64,000 nt of DNA from an uncultured Rikenellaceae bacterium (lineage in GTDB: Bacteria > Bacteroidota > Bacteroidia > Bacteroidales > VadinHA17): assembly GCA_964383915.1 (NCBI GenBank), contig CAYLJE010000002.1, positions 1,035 through 65,034 of the forward strand, in the 5' to 3' direction. The translations under genes and the position numbers were made by a program. This document shows positions 10,333-18,922 of the stretch, piece after piece; the stretch's first letter is position 1; the number at the start of each line of letters is the position of its first letter. The notes under the pieces were generated by a model. That model saw only the letters and a program-made list of their open reading frames with translations. It did not search any database and was not told where the DNA came from.

Positions 10333-11247
10333 ATGAATGGGGAAAAAATTTTTATCATAATCGTTGCCTTTTTAGCCGGATTTACTACCGGATGCTATCA
10401 TCCTTCCGGGAGAAAGAAAGGGGAAAAGCTGGGGACTGCCATCACAGGGAAGGGAAAAACTTTTATCAATGAAAAAAAACTGAAAAAGATATGGGTTTCT
10501 TTGCCTGAGCTACGGGTTCCTGAGAGTGTACTATACGATTCATTGCGGAATATGATTTATGTTTCTAACGTCAACGGGACGCCGATGGGCAAGGACGGGA
10601 ACGGTTTTATCTCTTTGCTGGATCCGGACGGGAACATTACAGAAAAAGAATGGGTAAAAGGACTGGATGCTCCGAAAGGTCTCGCCCTGTTCAAGGATAA
10701 ACTCTTTGTTTCAGACAGACAGTCATTGGTGGAAATAAGCATTCCTGAAAAAAGAATTATCCGGAGATATACAGATACACTCTCAAAGTTTCTTAATGAC
10801 GTTGCCATAGATTCTCAGGGGAATGTCTATGTTTCTGACATGGGAGGATCGGCTATTTACCGTTTGAGTAACGGCATTTTTATGAAGTGGGTATATGATA
10901 AACGTTTGCAGAGTCCAAATGGGTTGTTTGCAGAAAGGAACATGTTGCTGGCGGGGCTGAAGGACAGGATCGTCAGTATAGATATGAAGAGCCGTAAGAT
11001 TGACGATTATATTCTTCATACCGGTAGTATTGACGGCCTGGAATCTGATGGGCATGGCAATTATCTGATCAGCGACTGGAGCGGGCATGTTCATCTTGTG
11101 AGGCCGGGAGGAGAGAAAGTCCTGTTATTGGATACTACCCCTATTCATATGCAGGCTGCGGATATCGATTTTGTCATTGCCTCTGGTATGTTGCTGGTGC
11201 CTACATTTAATAACAACCGGATCGTAGCTTACCGGTATTCGTTTTAA
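10333..11247 (+). CDS. lipoprotein, beta-propeller-like (SMP-30/gluconolactonase/LRE-like or NHL-like repeats)
   Basis: 304 aa. Lipoprotein-type signal (LAGFTTGC). Repeated ~45-aa units with G-x-hydrophobic-YVSD-type strands (NMIYVSNVNG, KLFVSD, GNVYVSDMGG, GNYLISDWSG). Family assignment is by pattern only. Confidence 0.45.
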   Translation: MNGEKIFIIIVAFLAGFTTGCYHPSGRKKGEKLGTAITGKGKTFINEKKLKKIWVSLPELRVPESVLYDSLRNMIYVSNVNGTPMGKDGNGFISLLDPDGNITEKEWVKGLDAPKGLALFKDKLFVSDRQSLVEISIPEKRIIRRYTDTLSKFLNDVAIDSQGNVYVSDMGGSAIYRLSNGIFMKWVYDKRLQSPNGLFAERNMLLAGLKDRIVSIDMKSRKIDDYILHTGSIDGLESDGHGNYLISDWSGHVHLVRPGGEKVLLLDTTPIHMQAADIDFVIASGMLLVPTFNNNRIVAYRYSF

Positions 11248-11269
11248 CCCCTGTCCGAAGAAAAACCAA

Positions 11270-11995
11270 CTATCTGCGCAGTTCAAAGTTTTTCCCGAGG
11301 TACACCCTGCGGACATGTTCATCTTCGGCAAGCTCTTCACTGGTTCCTGATTTCATAATTTTTCCTTCGAAAAGAAGATAAGCCCTGTTGGTAATAGAGA
11401 GAGTTTCATGAACGTTATGGTCGGTAATTAGAATGCCTATGTTTTTATCTTTCAGATGAGCGACAATTTCCTGGATATCTTCAACGGCGATGGGATCAAC
11501 CCCTGCAAAAGGTTCATCCAACAGGATGAAATGAGGTTTTAAGGCCAGTGCCCTGGCAATTTCCGTTCGTCTCCGTTCTCCTCCGGAGAGTTGATTGCCC
11601 TTATTTCTCCGTATTTTCTCCAAACCAAATTCCCCGATCAGTGACTCAAGTCTTTCTTTTTGTTCGGCTTTTGAAAAATCAGACATTTCCATCACGGAGA
11701 GGATATTATCCTCAACGCTAAGTCCCCTGAAAACAGAAGCTTCCTGGGCCAGGTATCCAATGCCACGGCGTGCCCGTTTATAAACAGGCAGGTTAGTAAT
11801 ATTTTCTTCATTAAGAAAAATTTTCCCTACTAAAGGTCGTATCAGCCCAACGATCATATAAAATGTGGTGGTTTTTCCTGCGCCGTTGGGCCCCAGAAGG
11901 CCTACAATTTCTCCTTGTTTTACCTCAATGGATACATGATCCACTACAGTACGTTTTCTGTATTTTTTTACAAGATTGGCTGTTCTGAGTTTCAT
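11270..11995 (-). CDS. lptB: LPS export ABC transporter ATP-binding protein
   Basis: 241 aa. Walker [10 protein letters not shown], signature LSGGERRR, Walker [10 protein letters not shown]. LptB-type length and N-terminus. Confidence 0.9.
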   Translation of the reverse strand: MKLRTANLVKKYRKRTVVDHVSIEVKQGEIVGLLGPNGAGKTTTFYMIVGLIRPLVGKIFLNEENITNLPVYKRARRGIGYLAQEASVFRGLSVEDNILSVMEMSDFSKAEQKERLESLIGEFGLEKIRRNKGNQLSGGERRRTEIARALALKPHFILLDEPFAGVDPIAVEDIQEIVAHLKDKNIGILITDHNVHETLSITNRAYLLFEGKIMKSGTSEELAEDEHVRRVYLGKNFELRR

Positions 11996-12025
11996 ACGAG
12001 TGCTTTAATGAAATAAACGAAAAAA

Positions 12026-12997
12026 CTATTTTTGATCTTCAGGATTATCATCTTTTGATTCTTTATCCCCGCTTTCTTCATCTGTTTGTGATTCTTCGTC
12101 CACACTTCCTTCCCCTGTTTGTTCACTGGTTTCTTGTGAGGGGGTGGAGGGTTCTTCTTTTTTTTCTTCAAATTCTTCTTCATACTCAGCATCCTGTTTC
12201 TTTTTTATCCGTTTGGATACCCAGATACTTATTTCGTAGAGTAAGATCAAGGGGATAAAAACGAGAATCTGGCTGAAAACGTCAGGAGGTGTAATAATTG
12301 CAGCGAGAATCAGTATAATGACGATGGCATGCTTACGGTATTTTTTTAAAAAATCCGGGGTCACCAGCCCGGCTTTGGTCAGAAAATAAATCAATATGGG
12401 TAACTCGAAAGCGATCCCACCGGCCAGGACGACGGTAGATACGGTAGAAATATAAGAACGCAGGTTGATGCGATTGATAATCTGGCTGCTGACAGAATAG
12501 GATCCCAGAAAATTAACCGACAGCGGCGCGATGATATAATATCCGAAAAGAATGCCGAGAAGGAAAAGTAATGAACTGTAAAAAACAGACCCTCTGGCAT
12601 ACTTTTTTTCGGTAGCATATAATGCCGGCTGCATAAACCGCCAGAACTCATAAAAAACATACGGGAATCCAATAATCAGGCCGGCAATCAGTGAAACCAT
12701 GATATGGGTGGTAAACTGGCCCGCCATATTAATGTTGATAATCTCAAGGGGGATAGAATTTATGCATAACTTTTGAATATGTACTATATTCCCGAAGCGG
12801 CAAAGTAACCGGTTGGTAATAAATTCTGAACTTTTTGGCGCAAGGATAATGTTATCAAAAATAAAATTATGGTAAATGAAAGCAACAATAGACAACAGGA
12901 GGACAACCAGTATGGCACGGATAATATGCCAGCGCAATTCTTCCAGATGCTCAAGAAAAGACATCTCATCGGTTTTCTTCTTCCTTTTTTTTGCCAT
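12026..12997 (-). CDS. tatC: twin-arginine translocase subunit TatC with acidic C-terminal tail
   Basis: 323 aa. The N-terminal MSFLEHLEELRWHIIR motif and six predicted TM segments are typical of TatC. The last ~55 aa form an E/D/S/K-rich low-complexity tail. Confidence 0.92.
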   Translation of the reverse strand: MAKKRKKKTDEMSFLEHLEELRWHIIRAILVVLLLSIVAFIYHNFIFDNIILAPKSSEFITNRLLCRFGNIVHIQKLCINSIPLEIININMAGQFTTHIMVSLIAGLIIGFPYVFYEFWRFMQPALYATEKKYARGSVFYSSLLFLLGILFGYYIIAPLSVNFLGSYSVSSQIINRINLRSYISTVSTVVLAGGIAFELPILIYFLTKAGLVTPDFLKKYRKHAIVIILILAAIITPPDVFSQILVFIPLILLYEISIWVSKRIKKKQDAEYEEEFEEKKEEPSTPSQETSEQTGEGSVDEESQTDEESGDKESKDDNPEDQK

Positions 12998-13211
12998 ATA
13001 TTCTATAAATCTACTTAAATTTTATTTTCCATGGAACCTCTTCAAATAATTGTACACAAATTCCGGATACAAATAAAATAAACTTATCAGATAAATGTTT
13101 TATTTATATAAAAATTAATTGTATATTAGTGTTCAATGAAAATGAAATAATATAATAATTGATTAATTTTTGCAGGCTTTTTTACAAACAGAAAAATATT
13201 AGAAAGAAGTG

Positions 13212-15404
13212 ATGAGTATAAATGCAGATATTTCTCTTGCGGAGTATCTGAAAAAATATTTCGGATTTGACACGTTCAAAGGAAAACAGGAAGTAATTAT
13301 CCGTAATCTGCTGGATGGGCAGGATACCTTTGTTCTGATGCCAACGGGAGGAGGGAAATCCTTGTGTTACCAATTACCTTCCCTGATACTGCCGGGAACG
13401 GCCATTGTTGTTTCTCCGCTGATTGCTCTAATGAAGAACCAGGTAGATGCCATGCGGAATTTTGTGAGTACGGATGACGGGATTGCTCATTTTTTGAATT
13501 CTTCTCTTTCCAAAGCAGCTATACAGCAGGTGAGACAGGATGTGCAGGATCAAAGGACGAAATTGTTGTATGTAGCTCCCGAATCGTTGACCAAAGAAGA
13601 GAATGTTGAATTCCTTAAGCATATCAATATATCGTTTTATGCTATTGATGAGGCGCACTGTATCTCGGAATGGGGACATGACTTCCGGCCTGAATACCGC
13701 CGGATACGACCCGTTGTTGATAAAATAGGGAGGTCTCCTATTATTGCCCTGACAGCTACCGCTACGCCGAAAGTGCAACACGATATACTGAAAAACCTGG
13801 GGATGCCGGAAGCCAATGTATTCAAGTCTTCCTTTAACCGGCCAAATCTTTATTATGAAGTACGTCCCAAGACAAATGCAACGAAAGAGATCATAAAATA
13901 TATCAAAGCTAATCCCGGGAAATCTGGTATCATCTATTGTCTGAGTCGCAGGAAAGTAGAAGAAATGGCAGAGACCTTGCAGGTTAATGGAATTAAAGCC
14001 CTGCCCTATCATGCAGGCATGGATTCTACTACCCGTTCGGAGAACCAGGATAGGTTTCTGATGGAAGATGTGGATGTGATTGTCGCAACCATTGCTTTTG
14101 GGATGGGGATCGACAAACCCGATGTCAGATTCGTAATTCATTATGATATGCCTAAAAGTCTGGAGGGTTATTACCAGGAGACTGGACGGGCAGGACGGGA
14201 TGGAGGCGAAGGCAGATGTATCGCTTTTTACAGCTATAAAGATATTCAAAAGCTGGAGAAGTTTATGCAGGGAAAACCGGTAGCAGAACAGGAAATTGGG
14301 AAACAACTGCTGCTGGAAACTACAGCTTATGCCGAATCTTCTGTATGCCGCCGGAAAATGTTGTTACATTATTTTGGGGAAAATTATGAAGAAGAAAACT
14401 GTAATTCCTGTGATAACTGTACGCATCCGAAGAAACAGTTTGAAGGGAAAAATTATGTTGTTAAAGCGCTGAAGGTGATCTTTGCCGTAAACGAAAAGTT
14501 CAAATCAGAACATGTAGCCCATATCCTAAGCGGTCATGCTACCTCTGGTGTAAAATCCTATAAGCATCACCTGTTGGATGTGTTTGGTCTGGGGAAAGAA
14601 AAAGACGAGAAATTCTGGGGTGCCGTCATGAGGCAAATGCTAGTTAAATATCTGATAGAAAAAGAAATAGAAAACTATGGCCTGCTGAAAGTGACGGAAA
14701 AAGGCCATGAATACTTTAAACATCCGGTCTCTTTCATGATGGTTGAAAACCATGACTATGAGGCCATCGATGAAGATAATGCTGCAGCTTCGGGAAGAAC
14801 AGCTGTTGTAGATGATGAACTGCTTAGTATCCTGAAGGACCTTCGCCGCGAAATAGCCCGTAAGAAAAACCTGCCACCCTTTGTAATTTTTCAGGATCCT
14901 TCCCTTGAAGATATGGCCATCCAGTATCCGGTGTCTCTGGACGAATTACATAATATTGCCGGAGTTGGACAGGGGAAAGCCCTGCGTTATGGGAAAGAAT
15001 TTGTTGAGGTAATCAAAAAATATGTCGAAGAAAAAGAAATTATCCGGCCGTCTGAAATGGTGGTGAAATCAGTGGTTAAAAAATCAGGTCTGAAAGTATA
15101 TATCATTCAAAGTATCGACAGGAAAATATCATTGGATGATATTGCCAATTCTAAGAACCTGAAGATGAATGTTTTGCTGGAGGAGATTGAATCGATTGTT
15201 CATTCCGGTACAAGACTAAACCTGGATTATTATATAAATCAGGTAATGGACGAAGATCATCAACAGGAAGTTTTTGATTATTTCAGTGAGGATGCTGAAG
15301 ATGAATCTGTTAAGTCGGCTCTGGAAGAACTGGGAGAAGATGAATACAGTGAAGAAGATATTCGCCTCATGCGCATAAAGTTTTTCTCTGAGATGGGAAA
15401 CTGA
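13212..15404 (+). CDS. recQ: ATP-dependent DNA helicase RecQ
   Basis: About 730 aa. Motif I PTGGGKS, DEAH box IDEAHCISEWGHDFRPEY, a Zn-binding Cys cluster (CRR...CNSCDNC), and an HRDC-like region (LLSILKDLRREIARKKNLPPFVIF). The ORF track starts at GTG 13209; the ATG is at 13212. Confidence 0.96.
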   Translation: MSINADISLAEYLKKYFGFDTFKGKQEVIIRNLLDGQDTFVLMPTGGGKSLCYQLPSLILPGTAIVVSPLIALMKNQVDAMRNFVSTDDGIAHFLNSSLSKAAIQQVRQDVQDQRTKLLYVAPESLTKEENVEFLKHINISFYAIDEAHCISEWGHDFRPEYRRIRPVVDKIGRSPIIALTATATPKVQHDILKNLGMPEANVFKSSFNRPNLYYEVRPKTNATKEIIKYIKANPGKSGIIYCLSRRKVEEMAETLQVNGIKALPYHAGMDSTTRSENQDRFLMEDVDVIVATIAFGMGIDKPDVRFVIHYDMPKSLEGYYQETGRAGRDGGEGRCIAFYSYKDIQKLEKFMQGKPVAEQEIGKQLLLETTAYAESSVCRRKMLLHYFGENYEEENCNSCDNCTHPKKQFEGKNYVVKALKVIFAVNEKFKSEHVAHILSGHATSGVKSYKHHLLDVFGLGKEKDEKFWGAVMRQMLVKYLIEKEIENYGLLKVTEKGHEYFKHPVSFMMVENHDYEAIDEDNAAASGRTAVVDDELLSILKDLRREIARKKNLPPFVIFQDPSLEDMAIQYPVSLDELHNIAGVGQGKALRYGKEFVEVIKKYVEEKEIIRPSEMVVKSVVKKSGLKVYIIQSIDRKISLDDIANSKNLKMNVLLEEIESIVHSGTRLNLDYYINQVMDEDHQQEVFDYFSEDAEDESVKSALEELGEDEYSEEDIRLMRIKFFSEMGN

Positions 15405-15456
15405 TGTTGTTCCCGGAACCATCTGACCCGTTCAAACTTTTCAAACCTTGCAGGTT

Positions 15457-16704
15457 TTAAACCTGCTGTTTCGTATCCAGTGCATCGCGTAACCCGTTTC
15501 CGACGAGGGTAAAAGACAAAACCATGATCATGATAGCCAGGCCGGGTATGATTGCCAGATAAGCTTTTCCCATGATGATATATCCATAATGATTTCGGAT
15601 CATCATGCCCCAGGAAGGAACAGGGGGTTGAACGCCGATACCCAGAAAGCTTAGTCCTGCCTCTATAAGTATGGCGGAGGCAAAGTTGGCTGCCGAGATG
15701 ATAATCACAGGATTTAATGCATTGGGAAGAACATGCCGGAACAGGATCCTCCGGGAAGGTAACCCTATGACGCGGGCCGCCTCAATATACTCTTTCTCGC
15801 GTATTCCCAATACCTGGCCCCTGACGACACGGGCTACTTCGACCCACATAGTAAAACCTACCGCCACAAAAATTTGCCAGAATCCTTTGCCAAGTACCAG
15901 GGTGATGGCAATAACCATTAACAGGGTGGGGACAGACCAGACCACATTGATCAGCCACATGATCAGCCGATCAACCCATCCCCCGACATAACCCGCAACA
16001 GCCCCTAAAAAAATACCTATCAGCAGGGAAATGGTGACCGAAATCAATCCGATTGAAAGAGAAATGCGGGTACCCAGAATCAGACGGCTGAGCAAGTCCC
16101 GTCCGAAACGATCAGTCCCCAGAAGATATTTCTTATAGACAATATGTTGCAACCTTACCATTTTTTGCAGAGAGTCCACCCTCATCCTGTGGGTTTTTCC
16201 GTTCAGGTCTTTAAAGACGACGAGTTTCGTTTCTTTCTTATACTTATAATTTTCCGGATGAAGGTCAATAGGACTGATTACATCAGCGAGAAGGAAGGGA
16301 TGAATGAAAGGTTCTTCTCCCGGGTATTCTGAATATTCTTCTGCAACGACTGAATCCTTCCGAAAATAATATTTGTTAACAGGAATCAGGGTGAAAGGAT
16401 TTTCTTTACCAAACAGCAGGGTATGTATGAAAGAATGCTTGGTGCTCAGGGTGTTGTCTCTTACCCTGAGCATATTTACAGCAAACCCGGGTTTTCGGGT
16501 GGTCAGCTCCAGATGCTGGTCATTGGCATGGGGGGTGTGATCCGGCGTGATGAGATAGCCTAAGATGGCTATGATAACACCTGTGACAAGCATCGTCAGC
16601 CCTGTCATAGCTGCCGGATTGGTTTTGAACTTTTTCCATGCCAGCCTGGTCGGGGTAGTTCGATTAATTATTTCACGATGATGCCGTCCCCAAAGAATAT
16701 TCAT
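15457..16704 (-). CDS. ABC transporter permease, peptide/nickel (DppC/OppC-like) family, with extended N-terminal extracytoplasmic region
   Basis: 415 aa. The C-terminal 220 aa carry the BPD-transporter EAA-type region (EAARVIGLPSRRILFRHVLPNA). No cognate ATPase, partner permease or binding protein is adjacent. Confidence 0.85.
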   Translation of the reverse strand: MNILWGRHHREIINRTTPTRLAWKKFKTNPAAMTGLTMLVTGVIIAILGYLITPDHTPHANDQHLELTTRKPGFAVNMLRVRDNTLSTKHSFIHTLLFGKENPFTLIPVNKYYFRKDSVVAEEYSEYPGEEPFIHPFLLADVISPIDLHPENYKYKKETKLVVFKDLNGKTHRMRVDSLQKMVRLQHIVYKKYLLGTDRFGRDLLSRLILGTRISLSIGLISVTISLLIGIFLGAVAGYVGGWVDRLIMWLINVVWSVPTLLMVIAITLVLGKGFWQIFVAVGFTMWVEVARVVRGQVLGIREKEYIEAARVIGLPSRRILFRHVLPNALNPVIIISAANFASAILIEAGLSFLGIGVQPPVPSWGMMIRNHYGYIIMGKAYLAIIPGLAIMIMVLSFTLVGNGLRDALDTKQQV

Positions 16705-16743
16705 ATGCGATGATAAAGCTGTAAAAATATAAATTTTTATTCT

Positions 16744-17097
16744 TTACTGCTCCCAGTCCGTTTCTTTTATTGTTTCAGCGTGTAAATGAGATGTTCTTAA
16801 TAATATTTTATCTTCAAGTTTTATCAAATCAATTTCAAGAAAATCACCAATTTTCCATAATGTCTCTTCAGTAAAATTATGGGTACCGCTCAGCCATTTT
16901 GTAATGACCGAAGGTTGTACTCCCAATGCTTTGGCTAAGTCCTTTTTTCGCAAGCCCATTTTCTTCATCCTGTCAGCGATCCGGGCAGCCAACAGCATTT
17001 TTCTGTCGGTCATTTTTTGTTCTTCCGGACTGATCTCATCCAAGAGGCCGTAAATGATCTTGCTCTTGTAAGTGTCTGCTTTTTTAATCTTCATCAT
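16744..17097 (-). CDS. XRE-family helix-turn-helix transcriptional regulator
   Basis: HTH_3-like segment LRKKDLAKALGVQPSVITKWLSGTHNFTEETLWKIGDFL. The ORF track begins at TTG 17112; the ATG ATG at 17097 is the more likely start. Confidence 0.8.
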   Translation of the reverse strand: MMKIKKADTYKSKIIYGLLDEISPEEQKMTDRKMLLAARIADRMKKMGLRKKDLAKALGVQPSVITKWLSGTHNFTEETLWKIGDFLEIDLIKLEDKILLRTSHLHAETIKETDWEQ

Positions 17098-17296
17098 CTG
17101 TGTCAAATTCAAGGTTTCCTAATAATTCAATTTCATCCGGTGAAAACCATATTTCTTTATCTCTGATTCTTTTTGTTATAGCTTCAGATATGTCGCGCAA
17201 AAGATAATTTTCCTGTTTAAGTTTTTCGCTTTCCTGTAATGTCCTTATGCTTTTAGGTTTTTTGCCACCTCCGCCAAGTATGTTGTTTACGTGCGT
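17084..17296 (-). pseudogene. startless 70-codon open frame overlapping the XRE gene start (possible 5'-truncated partner gene)
   Basis: Hand translation gives THVNNILGGGGKKPKSIRTLQESEKLKQENYLLRDISEAITKRIRDKEIWFSPDEIELLGNLEFDTDDED*. There is no ATG or GTG and no TTG until codon 33. It is bounded upstream by TGA and by visibly GC-rich DNA. Its stop overlaps the XRE start (ATGATGAAGATTAA). No family recognised. Confidence 0.3.
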
Positions 17297-17527
17297 TCAG
17301 GGGTACCAGCAGGGTGGTGGCTCCCTTTTCTACAGCCGGCTCCATAACCACCTTCTCCCTCCACCCCCCAATCTTCGCTATCCGGGAATTGATGCTTAAA
17401 ATTAATCATAAGGAGAAAATGAACAACAAAAATGTTTGAAATTGTCTTTGTCCAAAATTAAAGAGGGAAATATTTTGTACATTACATATCTTTACAATAA
17501 TTTTTACACAGACGTGGAAAAATACAA

Positions 17528-18094
17528 ATGAATAATAAATACCGGAACAAATACCGCATTGCATCCACGCGTTTAAAAAATTGGGATTACGGTTGGAACG
17601 GGGCCTATTTTGTTACCATCTGCACCAAAGACAGGGTCCATTATTTTGGTGAAATTACCGATAGGGAAATGGAATTGGTGGAAATCGGTAATTTGGCCAA
17701 AAATTTTTGGTTGGAAATTCCGGATCATTTTTTGTTTGTAAAATTGGGTGCATTCGTCATCATGCCCAACCATGTTCATGGGATCATAATCATTGATAAA
17801 CCGGATGTCGGGTTGAAAACGGTTACCGTAGAGGCGCCCGATTCGGGCGTCTCTACCAATATTAATATTAAAACCAATCCCAAATTCAAAAAATGGAAAC
17901 CTGGCAATTTGGGGGTTATCATTAATCAATACAAACGTATTTGTACCATCCATGCCCGAAAAATCAATGCGGATTTTGCATGGCAATCACGGTTCTATGA
18001 TCATGTTATCCGCGACAACCAATCATTTTATAAAATTGCGGAATACATACGAAATAACCCCCTGAAATGGAAGGACGATACCTTTAACAGATAA
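17528..18094 (+). CDS. REP-associated tyrosine transposase (RAYT) / IS200-like Y1 transposase family protein
   Basis: 188 aa. N-terminus YRNKYRIASTRLKNWDYGWNGAYFVTICTK, HUH motif in MPNHVHGIIII, and a C-terminal catalytic Tyr context YIRNNPLKW. Confidence 0.85.
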   Translation: MNNKYRNKYRIASTRLKNWDYGWNGAYFVTICTKDRVHYFGEITDREMELVEIGNLAKNFWLEIPDHFLFVKLGAFVIMPNHVHGIIIIDKPDVGLKTVTVEAPDSGVSTNINIKTNPKFKKWKPGNLGVIINQYKRICTIHARKINADFAWQSRFYDHVIRDNQSFYKIAEYIRNNPLKWKDDTFNR

Positions 18095-18152
18095 AATTCC
18101 CGAAGCAGGCACCCCCAAAACCATAGAACGGTTTAAAATTATTTTGCACCTC

Positions 18153-18182
18153 CAACCTATTTAACAACCTATTTTAATAGGT
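18153..18182 (+). promoter_or_regulatory. operator-like direct repeat plus palindrome upstream of the AbrB-like gene
   Basis: CAACCTATTT (18153-18162) and CAACCTATTTT (18165-18175) are tandem. The second runs into the palindrome ACCTATT-TT-AATAGGT (18167-18182), 17 nt before the ATG at 18199. Confidence 0.3.
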
Positions 18183-18198
18183 AGAAGAAATTTATGAT

Positions 18199-18450
18199 AT
18201 GTCACGCAGAAAGGTGAAAAACAAAAATGTACGCAGTCTGTTGAGGCTGACAGGCGGTACAAGTTACGGGGTCAGTCTTCCTATGGAGGACATTGCCGAA
18301 CTGGGCTGGAAGGCCAAACAGAAGCTGGTGGTAAAACGGTACGGCAAGGGCTTTCTCATCCGGGACGGGAACCGGAGAAGAGGTAGGGGGGCAGGATTGT
18401 TCGTCGCTATCGCTCCTCACGGACCTGAATTGGGGATGCCATACAGGTGA
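18199..18450 (+). CDS. AbrB/MazE/SpoVT-like DNA-binding domain protein (possibly with a degenerate C-terminus)
   Basis: 83 aa. The segment GGTSYGVSLPMEDIAELGWKAKQKLVVKRYGKGFLIRD fits the swapped-hairpin AbrB pattern (SY-V-LP....ELGW....V). The R/G-rich tail and high G+C are atypical for this window. Confidence 0.5.
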   Translation: MSRRKVKNKNVRSLLRLTGGTSYGVSLPMEDIAELGWKAKQKLVVKRYGKGFLIRDGNRRRGRGAGLFVAIAPHGPELGMPYR

Positions 18451-18528
18451 AAAAGCCGCTACTCGTCAGCGCTCGTAAAATGGCTTTTTTGTTTCAGCCC
18501 GTTGTAAGCAAGCTTGCCCTGCTTTCAC

Positions 18529-18556
18529 AAAAAAAGCCATGCCTATCGTGCACGGC
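18529..18556 (-). terminator. intrinsic terminator downstream of tRNA-Met (weaker in the + direction)
   Basis: The minus strand reads GCCGUGC-ACGAUAG-GCAUGGC, 7 bp including one G-U, followed by seven U. On the + strand the same stem has an A-C mismatch and is followed by five U. Confidence 0.65.
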
Positions 18557-18565
18557 TTTTTCTCC

Positions 18566-18640
18566 TGGTAGCGGGGACAGGACTCGAACCTGTGACCTTT
18601 GGGTTATGAGCCCAACGAGCTGCCACTGCTCCACCCCGCA
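18566..18640 (-). tRNA. tRNA-Met (anticodon CAU), initiator-type features, CCA encoded
   Basis: The reverse complement is TGCGGGGTGGAGCAGTGGCAGCTCGTTGGGCTCATAACCCAAAGGTCACAGGTTCGAGTCCTGTCCCCGCTACCA. It closely resembles E. coli tRNA-fMet at the 5' end. It has GGG/CCC next to the anticodon loop and a 1:72 mismatch. Confidence 0.88.
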
Positions 18641-18922
18641 ATATATCTTCAATACTTTAAGAACATTTTATCAGCTCTTTCCGGAAAAGCTGCCTCTCAT
18701 TGCCAGTATTTATGAACTGTTTTTCCTTTGCCTCATCAACCCATGTCAACTCCTGCGCTTCTCCGGATAGCAATTTCAGATTGCAAAAGTATAATATTCC
18801 TTCTTATTCTCAAAATATTTGTTGTAATTTTGATGACATTTTTTAATCCTCCTATACGTTTTATTCCGGAGGATGAAAAAGTGATAGGTTATTACCTTAA
18901 TATTAACTTACGTGGATAAGTA

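Noticed and set aside
11992-12192. 66-aa K/P-rich ORF (MLSMKKNLKKKKKNPPPPHKK...)
   Set aside because: It is an alternative frame of the TatC acidic tail. The lysine and proline runs are just frame-shifted readings of GAA/GAG-rich sequence.
13428-14306. 292-aa ORF on the minus strand inside recQ
   Set aside because: It lies entirely antisense to a strongly supported RecQ coding region. The peptide is low-complexity, with no recognisable motif. This is a typical shadow ORF of a long gene.
13212-15404. RecQ as a possible defence-associated helicase
   Set aside because: It has a canonical helicase core, Zn finger and HRDC architecture. It stands alone between housekeeping genes, with no nuclease, methylase or effector partner.
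18447-18770. 107-aa + strand ORF
   Set aside because: It spans the terminator and the whole tRNA-Met gene on the opposite strand. It is an artefact of a stop-free stretch.
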